64,000 nt of DNA from Octopus vulgaris. Lineage: Eukaryota. The position numbers and the translations under genes were made by a program. Shown piece after piece: positions 1 through 14,472 of this stretch. The stretch spans positions 102,858,001-102,922,000 of the forward strand of contig OX597819.1 in NCBI GenBank assembly GCA_951406725.2, given 5' to 3'. Every line of letters begins with the position of its first letter. The first letter of the stretch is position 1. Below the pieces are notes generated by a model, which was given only the letters and a program-made list of their open reading frames with translations, ran no database searches and was not told where the DNA came from.

Positions 1-252
1 TGCAAGACTTAAATATCATCCATTCTTAACCGCAAAACCAACTACATGTGTGCGACTACAATGTCAAAAACATTAGAGATCAGCTGATTTTCTATAAATA
101 TCAGCTAAATATTCGTAAAGTGAACGTAGAATAATAAAATGTTTAATTTTCTAGTCCTAGATTTATTATATTAGTATATTAGGCAGGTTAGTCACGGTTG
201 GAATGTCTTTGCTCACTGGCTTCTAGGAGCCGGGGCTTCTGGATCATTACAA

Positions 253-765
253 TCTATATATATAAAACTGTAGTTGTGTGAGTGTCTGTCCCCTTCGATT
301 TAGATTCCTAACTACTCCCACATTTTGCGGTGCAGTTTAACCAAATTCGGTTATCTTATAGTCGTGATTCACATCGAGCCCGTCTATGTATTAGCGCGCG
401 TCTACGATGAGTCTACGATTTTAAAAATAATTTAACATCATTTTTTATTCCATTTTAATGCATAATTTTTCGTGTGTCGATGTCGGCGGAGTTGGCGTCC
501 ATGTTCACACCTGCACCTGTTTGCTTCTCCCCCTTCTTCCCTCCCTCGTGAAGCTGTGGGGATGGGAGTGTAAGGAAATCAACGTCGTAAAGCGTTGTCA
601 AGGAGACCAGCGTTCTTTTAGAACAACGACTTCATGGCTTGAAGACACCAAAACAGAAATGGCTAAGAAAGCCCGAATTGGCATCTATAAGGGAAGTAAC
701 TCTCTAAAAATGCTTATATAGTTATTTCCCTTACAAACCCGAGCAACGCCGGACGATACTGCTAG
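253..765 (+). mobile_element. Non-autonomous Helitron-like element
   Basis: Starts A|TCTATATATATAAAACTG and ends with hairpin CCCGAGCAACGCCGG followed by GCTAG|T. Inserted between A and T with no TSD. Homologous copy in reverse orientation at 45281-45674. Confidence 0.8.
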
Positions 766-869
766 TATTAGATAAAAATGCCTTGCGCTATTTATTTATT
801 TACGGTTATATACATCGGAGCTCAAACCCCGCTGAAGTTTCTTTGCTTTTCATCCTTTCCTGGGCACTC

Positions 870-1900
870 AAATAAGATACGAGGCAAGTACTTGCACGGA
901 ATGTTTTTTGTCTTTTGTGTGTGTTTTATACGAATGAATTGTTGTAAAAGATCAAACATGAAACTACAGTTACAAGCATTGGCGAGAATATCACAAAGAT
1001 TGTCATCGAACAGGATACTAACCCTTTCGCAAAAAAAAAAACACTAGCACCTTGAAAGAGAAGGATCCATTGGATAACATAATGATAAGTAGAGGTTAAC
1101 TGGGGTTGGAGTTTAAATTACTCCTTTTATTTACCCCTCTGATCGAGAAGTGTGACACTTCACACTCACATATATATAATTAAGAGACAAGCAAAGCAGA
1201 AGACCAAGTTTTCAGAAAACGTAACAAATTCACTGAAGAAGTTTCTCTGGGACAAAAATAACAGTATGTGATACAGTTTTATGTTAGTTCAAACATCAAA
1301 TAAGATACGTGTAGTGCAGTTTTTATCATATATAGTTCTAAATGCTTACATTGTAATAAAATGAGTCTAGCCATCTCTTGCACAAACCAGTGCTTTGTTT
1401 GCTGTCTTCTATATATAAGAACCAAACTGCCCTAGTATATCCGGAAAAGTCCGCCCCTGAGGAGGCAGTATTAAGTGCAAACACAGGTGTCTTCCCGTCC
1501 GCTGGCGTTAATTCATAATGGGCTAAGTTTCAGACAAACAGTCTTTCAAGAGAAGTTTCTGTAGGATAAAATAATAAACTCTGCTAGTGTCGGTACATTA
1601 TGTAGGTACGTTATAAATGGTATACCAATCGGTATGTTATTCTCAAGCTATTTGAAAGTTGTACATCAGTTTTTGATTTGCTTTGCTCTTTCAGCATGAA
1701 ATAGAAACAAGGAGTATTATAATGCAATGGATCTCACTCCAGAAAATAACAGTTCTTGCTTATTTATAATTTATGTTGCTTCATTACTTTATTTATATGG
1801 AAACAATAACAGAGTCCTCTAACAGAACTGTATTTTCAATATCCTCAACCAGTATCAACTTTTTCATTACATAAAGTGTTAGCGTCGGAAATATGCGATT
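870..1900 (+). pseudogene. Highly decayed hAT-like (Buster/Charlie-type) transposase remnant
   Basis: Fragmentary motifs in the expected order (SNMK, DES-like, ASV..G, VHQ..C) across several broken frames; no intact ORF. Confidence 0.3.
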
Positions 1901-3392
1901 ATGCCCTAATAGATGCTGTTACTGTTCATAAATATTTACTCGGCAGTTTCTGCTGAAGTTTATAAGGTTCAGAGTTTACGGATAAGTTCCAGATTTCGTG
2001 GGGAAAACAACAGGATGTCATTTCTAGTTCAGACATTTTCCTCCTCTGGAGACGCTGTCCATTTTTATTGGTTGTAGATAAAAGCCCGACCGTAAATTGG
2101 GCGTTTCTCACAGATCGTCCAACATATTACAGTCGGAACTGAAGGGCTAGCAGTCTTCTATAACGTGGTTTTATACTGAAATATGTAACATAATAGACAC
2201 GTTTACAGACTTCGGTTGGGTCAGGTTCACATCAGTCTATTCACGTCAAGATAAATTTTCTGTAGGCAATTTACCACATCTCTGTAGTAAAGGAAGGGGG
2301 AATTACAACCGTATTTCGTGGTCTGCTACCACAACAGCTCCTTTATAGGATCCAGTTAGCTCAAGACGTCATCAGGTGGAACCACGTCCGGTTTCGGCCC
2401 CTACCCCTCTACCGTTTTGACGTGGCGCCCCTCCCCCTTCGGAGGTGTCTTCAGCTTTGGTGTTGGGTGCATGTCTTCTTTCTTCTTCTTTCTTCTGTTC
2501 CCTGGCCTCTGATGTATCGTCAAAGTGTCAGCCGGTGACTGACTGACTTGTCCAATTTTTCCCTTTAAATACCTGCCACTAGGCTCCAGCATGCAGCCCA
2601 AGTAAGTTGTCACGTGACACTGTCTCACCTTAACTGACTAGTGAAGGCGCGTAGTTTTAGGTATTATAATAGGTATTCTAATATGTAGTATTGCGTGGTA
2701 ACCTGCATCAAGAAGGCACTGTTCAATATAGAGGTGATGCATTTGTGATATTTATTCTTTATGCTGTTGCTAATGGCGACGATGAGGCAGGTGATGGCCT
2801 AGATGTTGCTGTTGAACATGATGATTATGATGATGTTGATTAGGAGGAGGAGGGAGGAGTATATGGATGATGCTGATAGCGTTGATGATGACGCCGATGA
2901 TGGTGATTGTGAAGAGAAAGAGGAGAGCTATAACGATGATGGTAGTAGCGGTGCATTGATGATGATGAATATGAGCAGAAGGAGGAGGAGGAGGAGGAGA
3001 AGGATGAAGATAATGATAATGATAATGATAAAGATGAGGGGCAGGAGGAGGAAGAAGAAAGTGTGTTTAAGAACAAAGAAAAAACATGTGATAGCGTTAG
3101 TGGTGATGACGGCGGTGTATTGGAATATTTTCTCACTGTAATAACAGACATGTATTTACATACGCCATCAGTATAATAATGGCAACAACAACAGCAACAA
3201 AAACAGGAACAACAACGACAACCTCATTCTCAACGTCACCTTTACCACCAACCATCACAACACCAGCTGATATCTCTGCCACAGCAGCAATAAATTGAGT
3301 TAAACAATGTGATACAAGATATCTGTATGTCACAACGTGTATGAGAAACTTAAGCAGGATGTGCTTGTCTCATCCAGACTCTTTCTCTCTCG

Positions 3393-3513
<121 letters not shown>

Positions 3514-3621
3514 ATGTATATATGTGTGTGTATGTATGTATGTATATATATATATATAGCATTATTACACCCCCTCCCCTATGTCGTTAGCCATGTTAAG
3601 CTGGCTTCTATACTTTACATT

Positions 3622-3668
<47 letters not shown>

Positions 3669-4296
3669 TAGGCATACATATGTATGGATATTTATCTCTC
3701 TCTCTCCTTCTCTCTCTTTGTATATATATATATTTGTGTGTGTGTATGTGTGTGTGTATTTAGTTCAAAAGAGCAAACGCTTGAATATGCACTGACACAA
3801 ACACACATAAACACTTATTCATACACCAACGCACATACATAAACACACACTTTGAAATGGATAACGTACACTTCAAAGTTTTGCCTTAGTCTACTTTACA
3901 AAGCTTACAAAAAAGTAGAGTATATGCTGATATATAATATGTAAGACTAAGTTAAAGAATATAAAGCAGTAAGATGAAACAAAAATGTAAAATGTATTAG
4001 ATAAAACTATATATATTATACGGCTGAGAGAGTGACAACAAAAATATATGGTTAACAATGAAAGGATGTGATGAAGAACAAAAGAAAAGGAGTTGTGTTT
4101 AACTAAGTTAGAAACGTTTACGTTATATGGCAAGGGAGATAATTTATAATTATGTAGGGTCAAAAAATTGTTTTCTATGGATTAAAATAAGGATATTTTC
4201 ATTTGAAGTTTTTTTTTCTCGTTCGTTTGTTGAAAACTAAGTTTGGAATAACCTATAAAGTGATAAACACATTTATACTTGTATTTGTGAGATATG

Positions 4297-4558
4297 CATC
4301 TGCCCCTCGTAGAAACTGCATGAGTTACAGATATTACAGTCTCTCTTGGTGGAGAATAAAGTCATCATTATGCTGCCCATATCATCAGCATATATCTCAG
4401 TATCATATTTGTATTTCTGGAATATAAATCTGCCCTTCCAGAATCTGCAAGTTACCGATATTTCATCAAAGATATTGCAGTTTGTTCTGGTTGAGAATAA
4501 AGTCATCATTATGTCGGAAACGCAGCCACATCGTCAGCATATATCTCACTATCATACC
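4297..4558 (+). repeat. Degenerate tandem duplication (period roughly 130-145 bp)
   Basis: ATCTGCCC..., GAGAATAAAGTCATCATTATG and TCAGCATATATCTCA each occur twice. Confidence 0.6.
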
Positions 4559-5239
4559 TGTTTTGCCCCTTAGCTTGTACACTTCACCAGAGAGGGACAG
4601 TGAGAACTAAATTTCAAGTGTTGGGCCTGATGGAAACAATGTGCCTGAGTTCCTTTCGAGCGTTGGGTCTGATGGAGGCAAAGTGACTGAGTTCACTTCG
4701 AGTGTTGGGCCTCACAAAAGCAATGACCAAGATATTTGACATTATGCTGTACTTGAGAAGAAGACCCATCAAGCTGAGCAAAATCGCAGTCGTGGCAGAT
4801 ACGAGTGTCACACAAATGGCACCCATGCTGGTGGCATGTATCGTCTTCTCCAATTACTTGAGTGTCAAACGAATTTTCTACGGGAGAAAACACACCGATT
4901 ACACCAGAAAGCCGCTGCAAACAACTCCGATATCGAATGAAGCCGCCTGCCATCGTTTGACAAGCGTCTCACCACCGAAATCCTGTTATCTAACTTCGTT
5001 CAATTGGTGAGAAATATCAATTCTCTACTTCAGAAGCAATGAGAATGAGAGTTCACTTACGATGAATATTTTTGCACTCTTGGTAGCAGGACATGTATGT
5101 TTGTGGCGATGTTACTGGCATTTTTGCAAGCAAGAAACAGTAGCTGTCCAACGTTTTTTTCATATCCTGTACCCATATATGCATGTATATACACATATAT
5201 ATGTAGGTATGTACATATATGTATATATATACTCTCTCT

Positions 5240-5612
5240 ATTTTACTCTTTTACTTGTTTCAGTCATTTGACTGCGGCCATGCTGGAGCACCACCTTTAG
5301 TCAAGCAAATCGACCCCAGTACTTATTCTATCGGTCCCTCTTCTGCCGAACCGCTAAGTTACGGAGGACATAAACACACCAGCATCGGTTGTCAAGCAAT
5401 GCTAGGGGGACAAACACATACACACACACATACACATACATATACATATACATATATACACGGGCTTCTTTCAGTTTCCGCCTACCAAATCCACTCACAA
5501 GGCTTTGGACAGCCCGAGGCTATAGTAGAAGACACTTGCCCAAGATGCCACGCAGTGGGACTGAACCCGGAACCATGTGGTTGGTTAGCAAGCTACTTAC
5601 CACACAGCCACC
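5240..5612 (-). mobile_element. tRNA-derived SINE (family with GTGGCTGTGTGGTAAG head)
   Basis: Minus strand has A-box-like TGGCTGTGTGG and B-box-like GGTTCAGTCCC. Partial related copies at ~16545-16685, ~58110-58155 and ~59355-59465. Confidence 0.7.
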
Positions 5613-5649
<37 letters not shown>

Positions 5650-5701
5650 CATATATACATACATATATACATATATTCATATGTAGATATGTACATATAT
5701 G

Positions 5702-5747
<46 letters not shown>

Positions 5748-5823
5748 GAGAATATTTTTCCAAACTTATTTAGAAATACGAAATAAATTTCTATATAGTA
5801 TAATTTAATTTTTTCATTGTTGA

Positions 5824-5864
<41 letters not shown>

Positions 5865-5925
5865 AGTGTGTGTGTGTGTGTTCGTATGTGTGTGTGTTTG
5901 TGCGTGTGTGTGTGTGCTGCGTATG

Positions 5926-5985
<60 letters not shown>

Positions 5986-6739
5986 GGGATTCTTGAGCAT
6001 GCGTTCGAAAGTGTTTGCGTAGTTTACTTTGGTTATTCCTTTTCCTCCTGAAACTCTAAATAATCCTTTCCAATTTTGAACATTCAACCTTGGAGCCTTA
6101 AATTGAAAAAAAACTTTGTCACTTTAGTTTGAGAGCATTTATGTTATTCTAATTTGTTTGTTTATGGAAATAAACAAGGGCATAAAATGTCACCAGGTGA
6201 GATATTTAAAACCGTTCTGTTTATCCTGTAATAGGCGGTCTATGTACAGAAACAGATTTATACAACTTTTGGTATTTAGTTCCTTCACCTGCCAATATGT
6301 GACATTTTACTCTTTCATATACACCCGGCATTTTTAAAATTTTTATTATGGCTCTTTCTTTTTAATATTCAGAAGCATAGGTAACTGCAAATGTGCGCTC
6401 AAGGAAACTTATACATACATAAACACACACACGCTCATACACACAAAATATACACACGCACAAACACACGCACATATACATATAATTGAATAAGATATTG
6501 GTAACAAGTTTGTGGTATGCTACGCAAAGTTCATTCGCAGTTATTGGCTACTGGATAACATCACAGAGTGGGAATACTTTTGTTACACAATATGTTTATG
6601 TCTTCTCACCAATGTAGTACGGGGGTAACGATGTTTGGAAGCAATTGTACTATTCTGTACATTCTAAAGAATGTTGTTCAAGCGATTATTCTTATTTGTC
6701 TATGAAACTACCTCTCTATCTATCTTCATATACATACAA

Positions 6740-6777
<38 letters not shown>

Positions 6778-6959
6778 GGAAAGTTTACGAAAAAAAAAAC
6801 AAAAGACGAAGACAAGTGGTGTACAAAACAAATAGATGTATTAGTATAGCGCTCAGGAATAGAAAAAAGCCTTTTACGTTTCGAGCCTACGCTCTTCTAC
6901 AGAAAGGGACACAGAAAAAACAAGGAGAGAAATAAAATGTGTGTAGTGGCCAACGATGA

Positions 6960-7248
6960 GGGTCCCAGCTGATATGATCATTGGAGCAGCTTGTTCGTGA
7001 AATTAACGTGCAAGTGGCTGAGCACTCCTCAGACACGTGTACCCTTAACGTAGTTATCAAGGAGATTCAGCGTGACATAAACTCAAGGAGACACAGTATG
7101 AGGTACTACTCATTTTTTCCAGCTGAGTGGACTAGGGCAACGTGAAATAAAGTGTCTTGCTTAAGGACACAACACGTTACTGGGAATTGAACTCACAGCC
7201 TTACGATCGTGAGCCGAATGCCCTAACCACTAAGCCACGCACCTTCAC
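6960..7248 (-). mobile_element. tRNA-derived SINE fragments
   Basis: Minus-strand tRNA-like head (GCGTGGCTTAGTGGTTAGGG...GAGTTCAATTCCC). 6960-7080 is the reverse complement of the 3' part of the SINE at 13810-14190. Confidence 0.65.
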
Positions 7249-7366
7249 GTGTATATATATATATATATATACATATATATACATGTGTGTGTGTGTGTGT
7301 ATATATATACGCCTATGTGTATGTGAGTGTGTGAGTGTGTGTGCGTTTATATATATGTATACATGT

Positions 7367-7482
7367 ATATATTAAATTAGAGATAAAACCACTATTAGGC
7401 AAATCAAACAGTGAAAAACACAGGTTCATGTTTTCGCTGTTTGATTTGCCTAATAGTGGTTTTATCTCTAATTTAATATATA
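7367..7482. repeat. Near-perfect palindrome with ~50-bp arms
   Basis: TTAAATTAGAGATAAAACCACTATTAGGCAAATCAAACAG ... CTGTTTGATTTGCCTAATAGTGGTTTTATCTCTAATTTAA. Confidence 0.9.
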
Positions 7483-7899
7483 TATTTATACTGTAAAATT
7501 AGATTTAATCCTAAATCTAATTTTTCCCTGTAAGTTTGGATTTACTCCTAATATTATTATTATGTATACATATGTATATATCCATCTCTCTCTGTGCTGT
7601 CGCTCTCTTTTTTTCTCTGACAGATCTCTCCCTTTCGTAACAGACGATTCCGTTCACCTTGGATCACGATAGACCTTGGCAGGTGATGTAAGTAAAATTT
7701 ATAATAGGATGGAAGACCTCGGAATTTTGAAGAACCTTTGGAAGCAGCCCATCTACACCACACGATTTGCTGGTCTTGAGCTGTTTAGCAGACGTTATTG
7801 TTTCATTGAATGTAATCGCACCAGTTTGAATATTGGTGAGCAGCGGTGAGATTGGTGTTACAACAATATTTCCCGTGGGATATGTGTAGCTCTTGAGCA

Positions 7900-8560
7900 G
7901 CTTTTCAAAGTGGAATTTCCAGACAAGTCGATCCTATGTGTTACTTGACTTTACCTTTTCGCGCTGGCTTCGAATTGCAGTCAACACAGGAGTTCTCCAA
8001 GGGGACACCTTAGCGCTTTTCCTTTCTAGTATAGGTTAGGACTATGTACTAGGGAACGCTTTGGTATCTGAATGAGTCATAAGTCTCTATCCCCGCCAAG
8101 ATTCATGTAATCTAGCATCGTGTCTCATTGATCCCGACTTTCCGGATGAGATCGCACTCGTTTCACGCACAATCATAAAAGTTCAAATTCTCCTCATAAA
8201 CCAGTTTCGGCTGAACTGAAGTTGTTTGCATGAAGAAGAAAAATACAATCTATGCCCTACCAGCATAGATGCTACCATTCATAGAGCGATAACATGGCCA
8301 GTATCCGACAAGCTATGGAAAATTAGAAAAATACTATGGAGGTCACGTGACATCCACCTATGCAAGAGTAGAATCTGTTCTGCTCTACAATTATAAACAC
8401 TTGTACCTTACAGTGGCCCAATACAGTGGCGTCAGTTACAGTGATCATTAAACGACACAAACACTCAAATTTTGCCCAAATCCTTTAACACCTTCGATAT
8501 CGACCATACACCAAACAAGTCATTGTATGGACCTTTACTACCCAGAAAATCAAAGACGGC
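7900..8560 (+). pseudogene. Decayed non-LTR retrotransposon RT fragment
   Basis: Translates to TGVLQGDTLALFL...DYVL and IDPDFPDEIAL (compare GVLQGDTLAP / DLDFADDIAL); contains stops and frameshifts. Confidence 0.65.
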
Positions 8561-8574
8561 TAACATTCACAACA

Positions 8575-9350
8575 AATGCTGGGTAAATGAATTCCAGCGT
8601 GGCAGGCAGAGTGTGGAAGATGATCTCAGACCAGGGAGACCTCCAACTGCATTTATCGAGGACAACATTGACCTTACTCTTGGTATGATAATGCAAGATC
8701 GTCGAATATCATGTCGTCAGATAGCTGAGAGACTGGGCATCTCAACTGAGAGAGTAGACAACATTGTGACAAAAGAACTTGGATTTACTCCCTAATATTA
8801 TTATTATGTATACATATGTATATATCCATCTCTCTCTGTGCTGTCGCTCTCTTTTTTTCTCTGACAGATCTCTCCCTTTCGTAACAGACAATTCCGTTCA
8901 CCTTGGTGGGTCCCTCGCCTTTTGACTCCTGAACAGAAACGCACATTACCTTGAAAATGGTCACACTGTGACGAGGGTGCATTATTCTCAGCTACTGAAA
9001 CACTTCTGATAAGCAATCAAAGAAAATAGGCCGGTAATGCTCACCAGAGGAGTCCTTTTTCATCACAACAATGCTTCAGCCCACACCTCAGTGGTTGCCA
9101 TGGCAACAATTCGTGATTGTGGATATGAACTTGTTCCCCATCCGCTTTATTTGCTAGACTTAGTCCCCTCTGACTTTCATCTATTCCCCAAAATGAAAAA
9201 AACCTGGCATCATAGACACTGTAGGAAGTTCTTTGGAGCGGCAAACAAAAGAGTTCCTCTACTGGGCAAAGTGTTCAGCCAACGAGGGTGTCTATGTTGA
9301 AAACTAAATCATCAGAAATGAGGCTCAAGGCTTTTCATACACCCCTCGTA
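8575..9350 (+). mobile_element. Decayed mariner transposon (transposase pseudogene plus right TIR)
   Basis: WVNEFQRGRQSVEDDLRPGRP, DRRISCRQIAERLGIS, WVPRLLTPEQK, FHHNNASAH and HPLYLLDLVPSDFHLF match mariner HTH, WVPxxL, HDNA and YSPDLAPSD motifs. Ends CACCCCTCG|TA. Confidence 0.85.
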
Positions 9351-9734
9351 TGTATGTATGTATGTATGTATGTATGTATGTATGTATGTATGTATGTATG
9401 TATGTATATATCCCCCTACACACGAACATATAAACAACTATATAATTTGAAAATAAGGTTAAATTCGGTAGGGAATTGATAGTGAGATTGATAGTATGAT
9501 TACACCAAATGTTAATTTTCGGGTAATTAGAAAAGAATTCGGCTTGAGTAATTTTAGAATTTGTTAAATGTTCACCAGAATACAATTACTCATTTCCTTT
9601 CCATACAGAATGCTGTGGCTGGTTGATATTTGAAATTATACTTAATAAAATCTACTGGTTCTTCTGCATACATATTTACCATATGTATCTACAAATACAC
9701 ACACACACATACACACACACACATACACACACAT

Positions 9735-9769
<35 letters not shown>

Positions 9770-10644
9770 CATATATATAGGAGCATATATATAGATCAGT
9801 CAGCTTTCATTTCTGTCTTGCAATACGTTTCATTAAATCTCTTGACATGGAATTTTAGAAACACTCATTCTTCTCCTTCTCCCTTACTTTATCTGATAAT
9901 TCCTATTTAATACAAGAACTTATTCTTTTTATTATCATTATTGTTGTTGTTGTTGTTGTTGTCGTCGTCGTCGTCGTCGACGACGTCGCTGTTGTTTTGT
10001 TTCAGCCCGCAATTACAATTTCTGATTTATTAAAATCAAGAATCCAAATTTAATTCTGATATTCTGACCACGGTTTCCGTTGCTTGCCCTAGAGATGGCG
10101 CCATAGAATTAATTCCACAACTTGGAAAATAATGTGAAATAAGAAACAGCCGAATAACAATAATGATAATAACAAAAACAACAACAGCAGCAGCAACAAC
10201 AACCAGCTGTTATTTACACAAATATTTTTAACGTGTTGCTTGATTGAAAACAATAGAAAAACTGTCGTAATTCAATATATAAATTAGTTTTTTCCTTATT
10301 TCTTTTATTATATTCACCAATTTCTTTGGGTGTTTTTTGGTTTCCGTATCTTTCTCTTTCACGCTTGTCTTGGCACGATCTTATGTATTCTTCTAGTTCT
10401 TAACTTTGTATTTTTTCTGATGTTTTTGTCTTCGTAATTTTATATACTTATTATTACTATTATTATCTTGGTTATTCTTTTCTTCCTTTACAAAAATAAT
10501 TTTTTTCGATGGTGGAATTAACGATCATTTTAGTCATTCAATCATCTTTGAGTTCATATATTTATATGTATATGTGTGTATGTGCGTGTGTGAGTGTTTA
10601 TATATATTTATATATTATATATATATATACACATACACAAACAT

Positions 10645-10679
<35 letters not shown>

Positions 10680-10897
10680 GAATGTGTATATAAACGTGTA
10701 TATATGTATATGTGTGTACAAATGTATTTAAATTACCAAAGAACACAATGAAACTCGCGAGCCAGAAAAATTGAAAATAACAAGAGAATAAAGGAACCAA
10801 ATGAAATTAATTAATAAGTAGAACAAAAGCTAATTAGGACAGAAAAAAAGTTATTGAAATATTGCTATTTTGCATTAACGCTGAATAAATAATTCTA

Positions 10898-10968
<71 letters not shown>

Positions 10969-11159
10969 ATATTGGCCTTGTATTCCCTTCTAAGTATATT
11001 GGCTTACGACAAGGACTGGGAATTGTTATAGATTTTTTTTATAGTAGCATTTTGGTTTTTATTTGTTCTAAGAAGATCAATCATTATCTCTCTTTCTCTT
11101 ACTATCACTCACTAGCACTGCGTTTGTGTATAAATGTGTGAGTATACATACACAGTTAC

Positions 11160-11205
<46 letters not shown>

Positions 11206-11533
11206 ATATATATATATATATATAATATAATATATATATATATGCACACGCGCACGTAAGCACACGCACGCACGCATACATATGCACACACATACACACA
11301 CACGTACGCAAATGAACCCACACATACCTCCCATACATGGACATCCACACGCACGCACAGAGTAACGTGCATTTACTCCAGAGACAACCTCACTTACAAC
11401 TTCACACATACACACATAGACACATGTACACACACATACATACGCACACACAAACATACACTGCACACAAAACACACACACACAACATATACATTCACGT
11501 ACACACACATACTTCAAACTACCAGTTAAATAC

Positions 11534-11752
11534 TTATTTCTTTACTAACACAGAGAGGGCAAACAAGGACAGACAAAGGGATTAAGTCGATTACATCGAG
11601 ATCAATGCGTAACCGGTACTTAATTTATAGAACCCGAAATGATGAAAGGCAAAGTCGACCTCGGCGGAATTTGAACTCAGAACGTAGCGGCAGACGAAAT
11701 ACCGCTAAGAATTTCACCCGGCGTGCTAACGTTTCTGCCAGCTCGCCGCCTT
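11534..11752 (-). mobile_element. tRNA-derived SINE, tail type 1 (hairpin deleted), 9-bp TSD
   Basis: Head GGCGGCGAGCTGGCAGAAACG and core GCCTTTCATC...AAGTACC (MetaSINE-like core). TSD GTTAAATAC at 11525-11533 and 11753-11761. Confidence 0.85.
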
Positions 11753-12315
11753 GTTAAATACCTTTCTACTGACCATTCTCCTTCGCACATGTGTAGGGAG
11801 ACACACAACAAACAGCCACTCCTACCAAATTTCTTACTATAAATTCTTCTTACAACATTACGCGACACAAAGTCCAACCACTCACATACATAAACAGCCA
11901 CAACCACACAAACACATACACATACCCACATACACGTGCTGTCACTAATCACACGCACATATCCACACAAATACTTCTTCCTTTTGCACTCTCTTGTCTT
12001 AGAAAGAACTTTTTCTTCACCCATTCCGTCCGGTCATTTCAATATTTGACCGCATTTGTTTTGTTGGCGATTATCTTTCTCTGTCTTCCCTTCTTTGGAC
12101 TTTTTCTATATTTCTGTTGAAGAGCTATGCTCGAAATGTAAAATCCTCTTTCCTTTCTTTCCTTTCCTGTACCACGTCCTCGCGTTGTTGTTCTTTCTTG
12201 CTTGTTCTTGTTTAGATTGACTACACACACACACACTCACACACACACACAAACACACACACGCGCACACACACATATATATATATAGCATACTTATATA
12301 CAATTATATATATAG

Positions 12316-12367
<52 letters not shown>

Positions 12368-12459
12368 ATATATATGTATATATATATGTGTATACATATA
12401 TATATGTGTGTGTGTGTATATACATATAAATATATATGTATATATATGCATGTATGTAT

Positions 12460-12506
<47 letters not shown>

Positions 12507-12829
12507 TATATATTCACATATATATTGTATTTTCCTTTATGTGTGTGTAACGCAAATGGATGCACCCAGGGCGCGGCAAGTACATTATTGCAGATTTTAT
12601 TTGTAATCACGTTAAACGGCCTTCGTTTCACGATTCCATGGTTTTCTTATACAGAGTGAGAAGGACTATAGAATAATAAAGAGATGAAAAAACATGAGCA
12701 TCGATTTTATATTCCTTTATTATATATGTCATATATGTTTCTACATTCGGTAATTACTTAATGTATCACACTATAAATGCAAACGATACATGCAGCTTGT
12801 AAGCGCAGCATGCATACTAAACACGTCCT

Positions 12830-14390
12830 CACAGAAGAACTTGCCTTTCGTCCCAGATAATCATTGTAAGGACGACGTCCTTCTTTCCCTAAGTAAATGA
12901 AACCCAAAATAATTAGGAAGGACTACATCGTCTTTCAAAGCATAACCTTCTCCATTATAGTAGAATGGTATCTAAAATCATTAATCTTATTCGATGTTAT
13001 CTTGGATTGAGAATTCAGTATTTATCAACCTTATGAGAAGCATAACAAAATAATTCAATATATATATATATATATATACATAGGCAATCCAGCCATCACA
13101 AAAATTTATACACATGTATACATACGCATACGACTTGTATGTATAAATTTCTACATATGTTTACGATTTCTTCTCAATCTTCCAATGAAAAAAATAAAAC
13201 AGACAATGACATATCAACTCCAAGTCCCGAAATGCTCAATACATCCTGCAAGGAAAAAAATCTCTACGTAAACAACTCCAGGCCCACAGCATATAAGAAA
13301 CATAAAATAAAAAAAAATAAATAAATTTTCTGTTTCAATCTGCCATGAATCATACAAGTCTCCATTCCAATAACCAATTATTTATCAGAATAATCCTAAA
13401 ATACTTCCCTCCTAACCACATGTATTACATACTCATAAACACACACAACATAAAACTATTATATTACACGAATAACAACTATACCCATTTTTTTTTTTCT
13501 AAAACTTCCAAAATACAGAAAGCAAAACCAATTCATAAAAACAACGATTTTAACTTCCGAAACTTTCCATCCTGACATCTAAAAGGAATATGCCCAACAA
13601 ATAATATTCCCTACAGCTCAACTCTAACTATTAAGTCTACACACCTAGGACATCTACACATATAGGAACTAGAGGAACTGTGTTAAAAATATGATGCAAC
13701 CAAGAGACATATAGCTTTTGAAACTCCAATAAGAAAAATGACACCTCACTATCAAAATATATATAGCTATTAAATTTCAAGCTTGCTGCATTTAGCATTA
13801 ATTGGAATGTGGAGGCGCAATGGCCCAGTGGTTAGGGCAGCGGACTCGCGGTCGTAGGATCGCGGTTTCGATTCCCAGACCGGGCATTGTGAGTGTTTAT
13901 TGAGCGAAAACACCCAAAGCTTCACAAGGCTCCTGCAGGGGGTGGTAGTGAACCCTGCTGTACTCTTTCACCACAACTTTCTCTCGCTCTTTCTTCCTGT
14001 TTCTGTTGTACCTGTATTTTCAAAGGGCCGGCATTGTCACTCTCTGTGTCACGCTGAATATCCCCGAGAACTACGTTAAGGGTACACGTGTCTGTGGAAT
14101 GTTCAGCCACTTGCACGTTAATTCCACGAGCAAGCTGTTCCGTTGATCGCATCAGCTGGGACCCTCATCGTCGTAACCGACGAAGTGCTCCTAAAAAAAA
14201 AAAAAAATTGGAATACTTCATCATATGGAATATATCATCATATGCAGCCATACTACAAAAGCAACAAGCCTGCAGATATTGTCCCCATGAATCCTAAAAC
14301 TTTCATATACTTGAGAATCAGATACTGAATCAAAAACTTGAATTAGTCTTCTCTGGCTAAAACAAATTCTTCAAAACGTTAAGTCATGTC
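12830..14390 (+). pseudogene. Decayed Penelope-like element (thumb/GIY-YIG region) interrupted by a SINE
   Basis: FIRIILKYFPPNHMYYILINTHNIKLLYY resembles the PLE motif FLxLIDKHFPxxHxxxKIFNRxxxKxSYS. Degenerate C-terminal part continues after 14200. Confidence 0.55.
13810..14192 (+). mobile_element. Full-length tRNA-derived SINE
   Basis: GGAGGCGCAATGGCCCAGTGGTTAGGG (A box)...GGTTTCGATTCCC (B box), followed by an A-tail at 14193. Related copy at 43408-43700. Confidence 0.8.
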
Positions 14391-14404
14391 AAACCAGTAA
14401 TTTT

Positions 14405-14472
<68 letters not shown>

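Noticed and set aside
13810-13885. Genuine tRNA gene
   Set aside because: The tRNA-like head continues into a multicopy SINE body with an A-tail; the same applies to the other tRNA-like heads.
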